DNA of 64,000 nucleotides, taken from NCBI GenBank assembly GCA_002009975.1, contig MTLP01000036.1:13563-77562 (forward strand), in the 5' to 3' direction. This DNA comes from Thermococcus sp. JdFR-02 (GTDB lineage Archaea; Methanobacteriota_B; Thermococci; Thermococcales; Thermococcaceae). Below the pieces are notes generated by a model. It searched no databases, was not told the DNA's origin, and was given only the letters and a program-made list of their open reading frames with translations. Numbering within the stretch: position 1 is the first letter of the stretch; the number at the start of each line of letters is the position of its first letter. A program made the position numbers and the translations under genes. Positions 1 to 10,369 of this stretch are shown here, in pieces.

Positions 1-317
1 TCAAGGTCAGCTTTTTGTTCAAGCTTAACCTCAATGTTTGGATACTCAATCATAAATTCGTCAATCAAGTCTTGGAATGGCTTAATTTCATTTGGACCAA
101 TAGCATGCCAAATCACTATGGTAACTTTCTCGGGGGTCTTAGTTTCGGTTGGAGTTGTCTCGGTAGGAGTTGTTGTTTTTTCTTCAGTGGTGGTTGTTTC
201 GGTTGGGCTAGAAGTTGTTGGAGTGCTTGTTTCTTTTTCTCCCCCAATACAACCGCTAGCAACTACTGCAAAAGCTAAAACACCAACTAAAAATAGTGCC
301 AACATACCTTTTCTCAT
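1..317 (-). CDS. mdxE: Maltodextrin/cyclodextrin ABC transporter substrate-binding lipoprotein (5' part; runs off the left edge, absent from the ORF track)
   Basis: Hand translation from ATG 317: MRKGMLALFLVGVLAFAVVASGCIGG (lipobox SGC), Thr/Pro/Glu linker, then VTIVIWHAIGPNE..FQDLIDEFMIEYPNIEV typical of Thermococcales sugar-binding proteins; GGTGA RBS; sits downstream of CGTase. Confidence 0.88.
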   Translation of the reverse strand, partial: MRKGMLALFLVGVLAFAVVASGCIGGEKETSTPTTSSPTETTTTEEKTTTPTETTPTETKTPEKVTIVIWHAIGPNEIKPFQDLIDEFMIEYPNIEVKLEQKADL

Positions 318-353
318 AGTCCTTTCACCTTCAGTGATGCTTTCATCAGTTAG

Positions 354-370
354 TATCATCATCAGTGATA
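354..370. promoter_or_regulatory. TGM (Thermococcales glycolytic motif) operator for Tgr/TrmBL1 at the mdxE promoter; second weaker copy at 323-339
   Basis: TATCAT-CATCA-GTGATA vs consensus TATCAC-N5-GTGATA; TTTCAC-CTTCA-GTGATG at 323-339 overlaps the RBS. Confidence 0.75.
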
Positions 371-469
371 TATATACCTTGCGATTACTGAGCATTCATG
401 TTTAGATATATAAAGATGAACAAAACTATGCATCAGTGAAACAGAATAAGAAAAGAAACAAAAGAGCAT

Positions 470-2689
470 CTAACGATTGGCTTCAACTGAAACTTCCCCT
501 ATTCCGCTTGAAGGTGTTAGATATGCGTGGTTGCTTCCCACTTCCCAGATTCCAGTGCCTCCTAGTGGAGCTTTTAAGAATTTAAACTCTATGTAAGTAT
601 CCGCTGGGACACTTGCTACAACAAACCAATCAGGCCATGCTGGACACAGCATCGGTCCAACAGCTTTTATTGTTTCTGGGCTCCAATAGCTCAACTCTGG
701 AACACTGCCCGTTAGCCATAAAAATTCTCCAACTTGGGTTTCTAAATTTGTGCCTTGAGTATTCCTAACTTCAAAAATAACGGGGATTTGCTTGTTTGTT
801 AGATATTCGAAGGCTATTCCATTTGATGTAGCTCCATCAGCCCTTTCAATTATAACATTAACATGATTTTCGTTTAGTTGAGTAGTTATTCCTAAAGGGA
901 CTATGAACTCTACACTCTTATCGCTCCAATATGTAACCTCTGCAGTCCAGTAATCTTGTCCATTTGTTATCAAAACCCTTCCTTGAGTGTCTCCAAACCC
1001 TTCTCCGCTAACTGTAACGGTATTTCCAGCCCTTCCCATAACTGGATCAATGGCTCCTACCCAAGGACCACTTGGCGTTGCTTTGTATTGCCATACCGAG
1101 ACTGAACCTGCAGGTAACTCTACAGAGAATGTGCCAGATGAAACTGTTATCCCAACTCCATTCAAAAGCCCTCCAAGGTAGTCGTTGTAACTTCCATCTG
1201 GTAGCGATGTATAAACGTTAGAGACTACATATGGAGAATTTAAATTGCGATTTATTGCTACTAGAACAACGTTATCAAAGAACTTTCTTTCAAAGATGTA
1301 AACGTCGTCGCTTACATATCTTGTTGTAGTTAATCCATAAGCTAAAGCAGGATTGTAGCGTCTTAGACCTGAAAGAGAACTAATTAGTTTAAAAGCGGTC
1401 GTTGTTGTGTCCCAGGTTTCCATCATTGGTCTATTATATGGATCACCTCCAACTTGACCAAAGTCATTTACAGTGTCATTGTGAAGATATTGTTCATCAC
1501 CGTAATAGATTATTGGAATTCCTGGAGCAGTTAGAACAAAAGCAAGAGCTTGATGAAATCTTGTTAAGTCATTTCTTAAGGACAAAAATCTTGGAACATC
1601 ATGGCTGTCTATGAATATGGTTAACTTATTTTGCCACATAAAATCAGTTGTGTATTTATTAACAGCACTTTCCAGGTCCCACATAGTCTTTGTATCATAA
1701 GCAAAAACATCGACAAGAACCTGCTGGAGTGGGATGTTAATAAGGCTTATCCCCGTATAGTTTGCAAACTTGACCATATCCCAGTACATCTCATCATTGA
1801 AGCCCTGATACCACTCCCCAAACATGAACACATTTTTATTTGCGTATACATAGTCTGCATAAGTTTTGAGCCATCCGGGCTCTAAGTGCTTAACTGCATC
1901 TATTCTTATTCCTCCAATTCCAGCATTTAAATAGGGCAACGTTGACTCTTTAAGATAATTGTCTACCCATGGATTAAGTTGGTTGAAATCAGCCAAATTA
2001 AAGAGATTCTTATACCTAACCTCCCATCTATCGTCCCAATTTGTTATTCCTCCATTGTGGTTGTATATATAGGCTAAGCTCTTTGTTATTGGGTGAACAG
2101 TTGCATAATTTGCATCTGTCGGATAATCAATGACAAATGTACCATTGTCGTATAAAGCACCGTACTCACCTGCATCATTAGGATTGCTGTGATTTGGGAC
2201 GAAGTCAATTATAACTGTGATGTTGTAATTAGCAGCTTCTTGAGCAAGTTTATAGAATATCGCCCAAGTTCCAAAATGTTCTTCTATGACTTTAAAGTCC
2301 TTGGGCCAGTATCCATGATAGCCTGCCTCTGGACCACTTCCACTATCAATCGCAACATCTATGTTATCAAAAACTGGAGAAATCCATATTGCACTTACCC
2401 CAAGTTCATATAAGTAAGGCAACTTTGCTATGATACCCTCTAAATCACCGCCCCAATAAAGCTTCCAGTTCTCCTTGTTTGGATCATACAATCCTGGACT
2501 TTTTAATGGATCATTGTTTGAGGTGTTCCCATCGTAAAATCTATCCACAACTATTTGGTAGATAACCCATGTTTGAGGATCTCCTGTTGGATATGAGGGA
2601 CTGACCCCTGCCGCTACTATTGAAATTTGCCCACTAAACCCCAAAAAGAGAAGCAATACAACAAGTATACCAATCTTCCTATTTCTCAC
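470..2689 (-). CDS. cgt: Secreted cyclomaltodextrin glucanotransferase (GH13) with IPT/TIG and CBM20 domains
   Basis: GH13 regions DFVPNH, GIRIDAVKH, GEWY, FIDSHD; TVSGEGFG..W (TIG); GSVPELSYW..IEFKF (CBM20); signal peptide; start moved to GTG 2689 behind GGAGG. Confidence 0.9.
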   Translation of the reverse strand: MRNRKIGILVVLLLFLGFSGQISIVAAGVSPSYPTGDPQTWVIYQIVVDRFYDGNTSNNDPLKSPGLYDPNKENWKLYWGGDLEGIIAKLPYLYELGVSAIWISPVFDNIDVAIDSGSGPEAGYHGYWPKDFKVIEEHFGTWAIFYKLAQEAANYNITVIIDFVPNHSNPNDAGEYGALYDNGTFVIDYPTDANYATVHPITKSLAYIYNHNGGITNWDDRWEVRYKNLFNLADFNQLNPWVDNYLKESTLPYLNAGIGGIRIDAVKHLEPGWLKTYADYVYANKNVFMFGEWYQGFNDEMYWDMVKFANYTGISLINIPLQQVLVDVFAYDTKTMWDLESAVNKYTTDFMWQNKLTIFIDSHDVPRFLSLRNDLTRFHQALAFVLTAPGIPIIYYGDEQYLHNDTVNDFGQVGGDPYNRPMMETWDTTTTAFKLISSLSGLRRYNPALAYGLTTTRYVSDDVYIFERKFFDNVVLVAINRNLNSPYVVSNVYTSLPDGSYNDYLGGLLNGVGITVSSGTFSVELPAGSVSVWQYKATPSGPWVGAIDPVMGRAGNTVTVSGEGFGDTQGRVLITNGQDYWTAEVTYWSDKSVEFIVPLGITTQLNENHVNVIIERADGATSNGIAFEYLTNKQIPVIFEVRNTQGTNLETQVGEFLWLTGSVPELSYWSPETIKAVGPMLCPAWPDWFVVASVPADTYIEFKFLKAPLGGTGIWEVGSNHAYLTPSSGIGEVSVEANR

Positions 2690-2709
2690 TTCATGCCCCT
2701 CCAAAAATG

Positions 2710-2726
2710 TATCACTAATAATGATA
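2710..2726. promoter_or_regulatory. TGM operator upstream of cgt
   Basis: TATCAC-TAATA-ATGATA between the TATA-like tract (~2735-2745) and the RBS. Confidence 0.78.
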
Positions 2727-2849
2727 TACACAAAAATATATAAACTTTACTAACTTGTTCACTATTGTATAACTATGTGTAGTTAAGCACAAAAAATATA
2801 CAATGATCATCATGAGACTTAACAAAAAGTTTCAAGAAAGAATAGAAAC

Positions 2850-4865
2850 CTACATTTCTTTAACAATAATACTAGAAAATGCCCCTAATTGGTTATTCAC
2901 TTTGTTGAATAACCCACTTTGGAATAGTATTTCAAAAGAGGATGGTAAACTCAAATGCTTTTCTTTTTTTGAATAGTTGATTGCTATCAAGATGGTCTCA
3001 TCATTTAACGCTCTTTTATAAACCAATAATCCATCTTTGAATTTAACTGGTTTAAAAATACCCCTTTGTAAAGCTTTGTTATTCCTTCTTAGCCTAATCA
3101 ACCTTCTTGTAAACTCTAAAAGCTCTCTATCCCATTTCTCCGCTTCCCAAATCATTGGTTCCCGTTGCTCTTCCCTATCCTTCTTTATTCCCCTAATCCC
3201 AATCTCATCACCGTAGAAAATTGATGGAACTCCTTTGTAAGTAAAGAGAAAAACTAAAGCGCATTTGTATTTTTGCTTATCTTCAACCAAGCTTAAAAAT
3301 CTACTAACGTCATGGTTATCCAGAAAATTGTACATTAAATACTCGTTTGGTCCGTAGTAAACGCTCAAAAGCTCAAGCCAGTTTAAGAACTCTTCAGAAG
3401 TCATTTCTTGATATACAAAGAATCTCAAAAGAGCTTCATACAGAGGATAGTTCATTATCCCATGGAACTTGTCAAAAATCCACAGACGAGCATCATCCAT
3501 AACTTCCCCTATTAGATAAACATTTTCTGGCAAATTTTCTCTAAATTCCTTCCAAACCCTTGGAGGAACACCATGAGCAACGTCTAAACGCCAACCATTG
3601 GTTTTATACCTCTGCACCCAATAAAGACCAACATTTTTTATAAACTCTACAACCTTTGGATTGTCATGATTCAATCTTGGCATTACCCACACTCCAAAAA
3701 AGCTCTCATAATTTTTCTTTAGTTCTCTAAGTTTCCTTGACTTTTCAAGCCAGGGTAGATTTGAGTAAAGCACCTTTTTGAATTCTTCATTAATAACTGG
3801 AAATCTAATTATGCGATACCAATCCTTGTAAGCTGAGGATTCATTATTTTGAACAATATCCTGAAAATATGGATGGAAAAAGCTTGTATGATGAAAAACC
3901 CCATCTAAAATTACCTTTATTCCTCTTTTTCTGCTCTCGTCCATAAACTTTTCAAAAGCCTCATTTCCGCCATATTTTAAGTCTACATTATAGTAATCCT
4001 CAACATCGTAGGAGTGATATGTCTTTGAAGGGAAAATTGGGGTTAAATAAATGGCATTAATTCCCAACTTTTCCAGATAGTCCAACTTGTTTGTTAGTCC
4101 CACTAAATCGCCACCATAGTGAGCTAAACGCCAGTCATGAAGCTCCCTAATATCGTTAGGATCATATCTTATATCTCCATTTGCAAATCTATCTGGCATT
4201 ATTTGATAAAAAACACTCTCATAAACCCATTCTGGAGCATTATCTTTTCTCTTTGAAAAATCAACATTAAAGCTTCCATACTTAACCTTCTCCTTTCCTT
4301 TAATTACCTCAAAAGAGTAGCTGAGTTCACCGATATAAGGTAGGATTACCTCGTAATAATCAAAAACCTCATCGCTGGCTTTTTTATTCATTCTTAGCTT
4401 ATCTTTTTTCGTAATTATGTAAACAGAATCAACGTTGTTCTTTAGGGTTCTGAACCTAATGAAAATCCAATCTTGAAAAGGATAAGCATATGTCAGGGCA
4501 GGATAATGATATAAAGCCTCTTTGCATATTCCTTTGCAGTTATTTGGTTCAAAAGAGAGCGCTTTACAAACGCTTACAGTATTTTTGAACTTATACGCTT
4601 TTCTTTCGTATTGAACTCTTTCTGGGTTTTCTTTGTCAAAGATCAAAACGCCGTTTACAGCAAACCCATAGTACCAGATACCCTCTGGAAGCTCTATCTC
4701 CCCTTTCCATTTGTCATTAATCTTTCTCATTCTAAAGCTACCCTCATTAAATGCATTAAAGCTTCCTGCAAGATAAACATAATCTGCCTCCCCTCTATAG
4801 GTGAACTCTATTTTAGCAACTCTCCCAAGATAGTCATCATCACGAAAGCTGAGTATTTTATACAT
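2850..4865 (-). CDS. Cytoplasmic cyclomaltodextrinase / maltogenic amylase (GH13, N-terminal CBM48-like domain)
   Basis: YLAGSFNAF N-domain; FYQIMPDRF, DGVFHH, GWRLDVAH, GEVMD, FLDNHD; no signal peptide. Confidence 0.92.
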   Translation of the reverse strand: MYKILSFRDDDYLGRVAKIEFTYRGEADYVYLAGSFNAFNEGSFRMRKINDKWKGEIELPEGIWYYGFAVNGVLIFDKENPERVQYERKAYKFKNTVSVCKALSFEPNNCKGICKEALYHYPALTYAYPFQDWIFIRFRTLKNNVDSVYIITKKDKLRMNKKASDEVFDYYEVILPYIGELSYSFEVIKGKEKVKYGSFNVDFSKRKDNAPEWVYESVFYQIMPDRFANGDIRYDPNDIRELHDWRLAHYGGDLVGLTNKLDYLEKLGINAIYLTPIFPSKTYHSYDVEDYYNVDLKYGGNEAFEKFMDESRKRGIKVILDGVFHHTSFFHPYFQDIVQNNESSAYKDWYRIIRFPVINEEFKKVLYSNLPWLEKSRKLRELKKNYESFFGVWVMPRLNHDNPKVVEFIKNVGLYWVQRYKTNGWRLDVAHGVPPRVWKEFRENLPENVYLIGEVMDDARLWIFDKFHGIMNYPLYEALLRFFVYQEMTSEEFLNWLELLSVYYGPNEYLMYNFLDNHDVSRFLSLVEDKQKYKCALVFLFTYKGVPSIFYGDEIGIRGIKKDREEQREPMIWEAEKWDRELLEFTRRLIRLRRNNKALQRGIFKPVKFKDGLLVYKRALNDETILIAINYSKKEKHLSLPSSFEILFQSGLFNKVNNQLGAFSSIIVKEM

Positions 4866-4888
4866 TATGACCACCCAAAGTGTTTATA

Positions 4889-4905
4889 TATCACTTTTGA
4901 TGATG
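4889..4905. promoter_or_regulatory. TGM-like operator in the divergent cyclomaltodextrinase/tgr promoter
   Basis: TATCAC-TTTTG-ATGATG next to TTTATATA (4883-4890). Confidence 0.6.
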
Positions 4906-4949
4906 CAACTATATGTAGTGAAGATATTTAACGTTTTGGAGGGGGTACA

Positions 4950-5975
4950 ATGAATGAGGAAGAGATAATTGAAAAGCTACAAAAATTTGGATTAACTAAG
5001 TATGAGAGCTTAGCATATATCAGCCTCCTAAAACTTGGTCCGAGCAGAGCAACAGATATCACAAAAGAAAGCGGAATTCCTCACACAAGAGTTTACGATG
5101 TTTTAAGCTCTCTTCACAGGAAAGGTTTTGTTGATATAATGCATGGAACTCCAAGACTTTACAAACCAGTGAGTCCAGAAATTGTGCTCGAAAAATTAAA
5201 AGAAGATGTGATACGCGATATAAAGTCTCTGAGAGAGGCTTTCTTAGAATTGTATAAATCAGTTCACGGAGAAGAGCTACCAGAGATTTGGACAATCCAT
5301 GGATTTGAGAACACCCTTGAAAGAGCAGAGTACATAATAAGAACTGCAAGGCATGAAGTTTTAATAAACACACCTATAGAGTTTTTAAATCTGCTTAAAG
5401 AGGAAATTAAAAAGAGAAAAGACGTCTTGTTTGTGATAATTAGCAATTTCGAAGATATCCCAGAGTGGCTGAAGAAGGAGAACATTATTTTAGCAAGAAG
5501 CGGCGGAGCACCTTGGTTAATGGCATCTTGGATCATTGGGGATATTGATTACGCTCTATTCTTTGGGGCATTGCCAAAAGATAAGAGAAAGGAAAAGTTT
5601 TACTCCTTCTGGGCAAAATCAGCAAAGCTAATTCAAAACTACATGCATTGGTTCTACACAATGTACTTAGACAACAGTGAAATAGTAAAGCCACTTGAAT
5701 ATGAAAAATTGGGTAAACCCCTAGCTTTAGTTAACATTAGAACGCTAATAACAGTCTTGAAGTTTTTGGAGCTTCCAAAGCCAATAGAGGTTACTGGAAG
5801 ATTAGTAGAGACAAAGAAGGAGATATCCATAGCAGGAGATGTAATAAATTATGAATACACTCCTCTAACTGCCAGCATCATTGTAAAGGATAAAAAAGGT
5901 AAAGAATGGAGTGTTGGTGGCTTAGGAAGTTACTTTGAAGACATTGAAGGAGAAACATTCATATTGTTGAGGTGA
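4950..5975 (+). CDS. tgr: TrmB-like global sugar regulator TrmBL1/Tgr
   Basis: FGLTKYESLAY..SGIPHTRVYDVLSSL wHTH plus sugar-binding domain; located between cyclomaltodextrinase and glycogen synthase as in other Thermococcales. Confidence 0.9.
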   Translation: MNEEEIIEKLQKFGLTKYESLAYISLLKLGPSRATDITKESGIPHTRVYDVLSSLHRKGFVDIMHGTPRLYKPVSPEIVLEKLKEDVIRDIKSLREAFLELYKSVHGEELPEIWTIHGFENTLERAEYIIRTARHEVLINTPIEFLNLLKEEIKKRKDVLFVIISNFEDIPEWLKKENIILARSGGAPWLMASWIIGDIDYALFFGALPKDKRKEKFYSFWAKSAKLIQNYMHWFYTMYLDNSEIVKPLEYEKLGKPLALVNIRTLITVLKFLELPKPIEVTGRLVETKKEISIAGDVINYEYTPLTASIIVKDKKGKEWSVGGLGSYFEDIEGETFILLR

Positions 5976-5981
5976 TTATTG

Positions 5982-7352
5982 ATGAAAATTCTAATGCTTG
6001 GTTTTGAATTTTTACCAGTAAAAGTGGGTGGATTGGCTGAGGCATTAACGAGCATAGCAGAATCCCTTGCTAAGCTTGGAAACGAGGTTTTGGTTTTTAC
6101 GCCTTCTCATGGACTTAAAGAGGGCAAAGAGTATGCATCATTTAAAATAAGTGTCAATGGTGAATGGAAAGAGGTTAAAGCTTATGAGAGAATTCAAAAT
6201 GGAGTTAGGGTTTTTGCTTTAAGCGATTATGTGCTGGACAATGAAGATGTATACGGACCCGGATGGGAGGGAATGTTAAATAAAATAGTCCACTTTGCAA
6301 AAGCAAGTGCTGGATTGATGAATGAGATTATAAAAAGGGAAGAAAAGCCCGAGGTTTTGCACTTCCATGATTGGCACACCGTTCTTGCTGCAGCTTTGCT
6401 TAAGAAGTACTTCCAACTTAAGAGTGTCTTTACAATTCATAGACTTAACAAATCCAAGATACCCGCTCACTACTTACATGAAGCCAATTTAAGTGAATTA
6501 GCTCCTTACCCAGACATAGATCCAGAGCATGTTGGGGCATATATAGCTGATATAGTCACAACGGTTAGCAAAAGCTATCTCTGGGAAGAGTGGGAGTTCT
6601 TTAAAAACTTTCAAGGGAAAGCGACTTACGTCTATAACGGAATTGCCTGCGATTTCTGGAATGAGGAGCTTTTAGAGAACAAAGATTTGCCAAGACATGA
6701 GAGGAGGAAGATAATACTTGAAAACCTTGGACTGAAAGACGGTATAGCCTTTATGTTCATCGGGCGTTTTGATAGAGGACAAAAAGGCGTTGATACTCTG
6801 TTAAAGGCAATTGAAATTTTAACCGAGAAGCCAGAGTTCAAAAAGCTGCGCTTTATAATAATTGGAAAAGGAGACCCAGAGCTTGAAAAACTTGCTCATG
6901 ATTTGGGAAGCAAATATCCCGAGAATGTTAAGGTAATAACTAAGATGCTAAAAAGAGAGTTCACAAGAGAGCTTTATGGAAGCGTGGATTTCGTAATAGT
7001 TCCTTCTTACTTTGAGCCATTTGGATTAGTGCAAATGGAAGCAATGTGCCTAGGAGCAATTCCAATAGGTTCAGCCGTTGGAGGTATTAAGGACACCATA
7101 GTAAGCTTAGAGGAAGACAAAGAGAATGCAACTGGTATTTTGGTTCCTCCAAGAGATGCCTTTGCTTTAGCTCAAGCGATATTAAAAATGGCACAGATAA
7201 GGGAAGAAGATCCTGAGCTTTTGAAGAAGATGAGAGCAAATGGAAAGAGAAGGGCAAAGGAAGTATTCACTTGGGAAAATGCTGGCAGGAGATATTTAAA
7301 AGCTTACAGAAATGAGATTGATAAAGCTATTCCTTTCATAGAGCCCAAGTAA
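5982..7352 (+). CDS. glgA: Glycogen synthase (GT5)
   Basis: KVGGL motif, HFHDWH, GRFDRGQKGVD, PSYFEPFGLVQMEAM. Confidence 0.93.
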   Translation: MKILMLGFEFLPVKVGGLAEALTSIAESLAKLGNEVLVFTPSHGLKEGKEYASFKISVNGEWKEVKAYERIQNGVRVFALSDYVLDNEDVYGPGWEGMLNKIVHFAKASAGLMNEIIKREEKPEVLHFHDWHTVLAAALLKKYFQLKSVFTIHRLNKSKIPAHYLHEANLSELAPYPDIDPEHVGAYIADIVTTVSKSYLWEEWEFFKNFQGKATYVYNGIACDFWNEELLENKDLPRHERRKIILENLGLKDGIAFMFIGRFDRGQKGVDTLLKAIEILTEKPEFKKLRFIIIGKGDPELEKLAHDLGSKYPENVKVITKMLKREFTRELYGSVDFVIVPSYFEPFGLVQMEAMCLGAIPIGSAVGGIKDTIVSLEEDKENATGILVPPRDAFALAQAILKMAQIREEDPELLKKMRANGKRRAKEVFTWENAGRRYLKAYRNEIDKAIPFIEPK

Positions 7353-7364
7353 CTTGGTGATAAA

Positions 7365-7820
7365 ATGAACTGTCCTTTTTGTTTTCCTTCTTTAGATGTC
7401 TTACTTTATGAGAATGATTTGATTAAAATTTTAATAGACTCTTACCCAGCCAACAGAGGACACCTCCTAATTGTCCCAAAAAGGCACGTTGAAAAGTGGG
7501 AGGATTTAACTTCTGAAGAAAAGCAAGCCCTTATGAAGGGGATTGATTTAGCGATCGAAATTCTCAAGAAAGTTCTCAAGCCAGATGGATTTAATTTGGG
7601 TATGAACCTTGGTGAAGCAGCAGGTCAGACGGTGAGGCATTTGCATTTACACATTATACCCAGATACAAAGGAGACTCAAACTTCCCAAGAGGAGGGGTT
7701 AGAAAAGCAGTTTTAGATATCGAAGATGAGAACTTAAGCCTAAAAGAAAAGTGGATAAAAAACAGGCTTAGCAAAGAAGAAATGCACAAATTGAAAGAGG
7801 AGTTTACAAAAATATTTTAA
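7365..7820 (+). CDS. HIT-family nucleotide hydrolase
   Basis: CPFC, GHLLIVPKRH, AGQTVRHLHLHIIPR. Confidence 0.92.
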   Translation: MNCPFCFPSLDVLLYENDLIKILIDSYPANRGHLLIVPKRHVEKWEDLTSEEKQALMKGIDLAIEILKKVLKPDGFNLGMNLGEAAGQTVRHLHLHIIPRYKGDSNFPRGGVRKAVLDIEDENLSLKEKWIKNRLSKEEMHKLKEEFTKIF

Positions 7821-8113
7821 GGCTCGTAAACGTCTGCTTCAGCAGCATAACATAGGAATGCGAGCAACTTTTCAAGTTCTTCTTTTGTAAAGATCTTCTC
7901 TACTATTTCATCTTTGTCATATCTTTCAAGAAATGCTTTTATCTTTTTTAGTTTATCAAGATCACCTTGAAGCTCTAAAGAACGTTGATTAAACTCCCAA
8001 GCAGTGTGAGGGCTTTCAAAAACTCTATTTTGAACGTCTACAAGCTTTATGGTTAGTTTTCCTATACCTTTTTCAACCAATTCTAATAATTCCCCAACTT
8101 TCATCTTCCTCAC
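7817..8113 (-). CDS. Hypothetical protein
   Basis: 98-aa ORF with host-like composition filling the gap between HIT and iorA. Confidence 0.65.
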   Translation of the reverse strand: MRKMKVGELLELVEKGIGKLTIKLVDVQNRVFESPHTAWEFNQRSLELQGDLDKLKKIKAFLERYDKDEIVEKIFTKEELEKLLAFLCYAAEADVYEP

Positions 8114-8155
8114 AAAAGAAAATAGGAGAAAGGCTATTTATACGTAACGCTACCT

Positions 8156-10006
8156 TCACAGTTCGCTTGGGAATTTAATCGCATTAAACGGACACAGCTG
8201 ATTACAAATCCCACAGCCGGTGCATATTAATGGATCAATCATAACCTTCTTTTTCTCTGTATCGTAAACTAACGCTGGACATCCTGTTAGTGAAATACAA
8301 GCTTTACACCCTGTACATTTCTCTTCCACGACCTTTGGTATTTCCCCAATTTCCCCTCTTCTCAAAACTGGAATTATGCATTCTCTTTTTGCAATTATTA
8401 CCGCAGGTCCCTTAAATTGCATGGCTTCTTTTATTGCCTCCTTTGTTTCTTTTAGATTGTATGGATCAACTGTTTTAACAAACTTAACCCCCAACCCCTT
8501 AACAACACTTTCAATGTCAATCTCGTTAAATTGCCTTCCAGTTTCACTTTGCCCAGTTCCTGGATGGGGTTGATGACCAGTCATAGCAGTTGTCCTATTA
8601 TCTAAAATAAGCACTAAAACGTCCAAGTTTTTGTAAACTGCATCAACTAATGGTGGAATTCCATTGTGGAAAAAGGTAGAATCTCCAATTGTTGCAACAA
8701 TCTTTTTGTTCATAGCTATACTTTGACCATTAGCTAAACTTATACTTGCTCCCATTACAAATTCTGTCCAAATCGCTTCCAATGGAGGCAATAATGAGAG
8801 AGCATAGCAGCCAATATCTCCATGAATTGGGAGTTCGTCTCTCTTATACCCAAGCTCTCTTAGAGCATCAAGCAAAGCCCTATAGCTACCTCTATGGGGA
8901 CAGCCAGGACACATTGTGGGTGGTCTTTGGGGAGCTAACTTTTCAGCTTCCTCAACTTCTCTAGGCTTTTGGTAAGCTTTAGCCTCTTCTCCAAGAAGCT
9001 TTAACAGAGCTTCTCTAACGATTTTTGGTGTTAGTTCTCCTTCCACAGGCAAATGCTTTGTCCTTTTTCCGTAAATTGGAATTGAAATTGCCTCTTCTTG
9101 AGCAATTACCTTAACCTCTTCTTCAACAAAAGAGGCACCGTCTTCAACCACAATTACCTTTTCAACGCTCTTTAAGAACTCTGCAACCAATTTTTTCGGC
9201 ATCGGATGAGGAGTTGAGAGCTTTAGAATTTTAAAATTATCATTAATTTTGGCTAAAGCTTCTTTGACGTAATTGTAAGGTGCCCCAACAGTTATTATGC
9301 CATACTTTCCCTTCCCTTCAATCCAATTAAAGTTTAAACTTTCAAACTCTTCTCTAATCTTTTCCAAGGTTTCGTTTAACCATTTGTGTCTCTGTAGATT
9401 TCCCTTCATTGAAGCTCTAACATATCTCAAAATATCTTTTTCAAACTTTGCTTCTCTGTTAAGTTTAAGGAACTCTCCAACTTCAACGTTTGCTGTGGTA
9501 TGGTTAACCCTTGTTGTCGTTCTAAAGATAACAGGGACTTTATATCTCTCGCTTAGCTCAAAGGCATATTTTATCAGATCATGAGCTTCTTGAGGATCAT
9601 AAGGTTCCAAAACAGGTAAAAGAGCTATTTTACCATAATACCTATCATCCTGTTCTGTTTGTGATGTATGGGGTCCAGGATCATCTGCAACCAAAATTAC
9701 TAAGCCTCCCTCAACACCTGAATAAGCAAGACTCATTAGAGGATCAGCGGCTACATTTAATCCAACACACTTCATTGTAACCAAAGTTCTTAAGCCAGCA
9801 TAAGCTACTCCAGCTGCTTCTTCCAAAGCGACTTTTTCATTAGGTGCCCATTCGGCAAAAACTGATTTATCAAGAGAAGCTATCGTCTCAATAATTTCAG
9901 TTGAGGGTGTTCCAGGATAACCAGTTGCAAAAGCTATTCCACTCTCCAACGCTCCATAAGCTATTGCCTCATTGCCCATCAAAAGTTTTTGAGTCTTTTC
10001 CATCAT
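8156..10006 (-). CDS. iorA: Indolepyruvate:ferredoxin oxidoreductase alpha subunit (stand-alone paralog)
   Basis: GNEAIA, GYPGTPSTE, CPGCPH, GDIGCY, GDSTFFH TPP motif, C-terminal 2x[4Fe-4S]. Confidence 0.93.
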   Translation of the reverse strand: MMEKTQKLLMGNEAIAYGALESGIAFATGYPGTPSTEIIETIASLDKSVFAEWAPNEKVALEEAAGVAYAGLRTLVTMKCVGLNVAADPLMSLAYSGVEGGLVILVADDPGPHTSQTEQDDRYYGKIALLPVLEPYDPQEAHDLIKYAFELSERYKVPVIFRTTTRVNHTTANVEVGEFLKLNREAKFEKDILRYVRASMKGNLQRHKWLNETLEKIREEFESLNFNWIEGKGKYGIITVGAPYNYVKEALAKINDNFKILKLSTPHPMPKKLVAEFLKSVEKVIVVEDGASFVEEEVKVIAQEEAISIPIYGKRTKHLPVEGELTPKIVREALLKLLGEEAKAYQKPREVEEAEKLAPQRPPTMCPGCPHRGSYRALLDALRELGYKRDELPIHGDIGCYALSLLPPLEAIWTEFVMGASISLANGQSIAMNKKIVATIGDSTFFHNGIPPLVDAVYKNLDVLVLILDNRTTAMTGHQPHPGTGQSETGRQFNEIDIESVVKGLGVKFVKTVDPYNLKETKEAIKEAMQFKGPAVIIAKRECIIPVLRRGEIGEIPKVVEEKCTGCKACISLTGCPALVYDTEKKKVMIDPLICTGCGICNQLCPFNAIKFPSEL

Positions 10007-10087
10007 CACCACCAAATAAAATCTTTTACAAACATATAAAACTTATAATTAGAAGTATTCACAGAAAAAGCGAAAAATTTTCGGAAT

Positions 10088-10327
10088 CTATTTCTTATAC
10101 CAGTACTTTGCATAGGCATCAAAAACTCTACCGTAAGCCCTGAAGGTTATGTAACCAATTAGTGTAAACGTGACAAGTATCATGAGTGTTGTTGGAGCGT
10201 CTGAAAACTTTAGCAGGGCATATACAAAGCCAACCATAGGAACCCCAACAACGATAATAATCACCGCCGCTATTATCCCCAAAAGAATTTTGTATCCATA
10301 ACGCTCCATAAAAAGATCAAAATCCAT
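10088..10327 (-). CDS. Small membrane protein (2 TM)
   Basis: Two hydrophobic segments; GGTGAG RBS before ATG 10327. Confidence 0.7.
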   Translation of the reverse strand: MDFDLFMERYGYKILLGIIAAVIIIVVGVPMVGFVYALLKFSDAPTTLMILVTFTLIGYITFRAYGRVFDAYAKYWYKK

Positions 10328-10369
10328 ACTCACCACCAAATTCAACTTACGCTGTGCAAAAATAAAAAC

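Noticed and set aside
15-405. + strand ORFs 15-278 and 34-405
   Set aside because: Shadow ORFs antisense to mdxE's Thr/Pro-rich linker
8156-10006. iorA without adjacent iorB
   Set aside because: A second, unlinked iorA/iorB pair is known in Thermococcales
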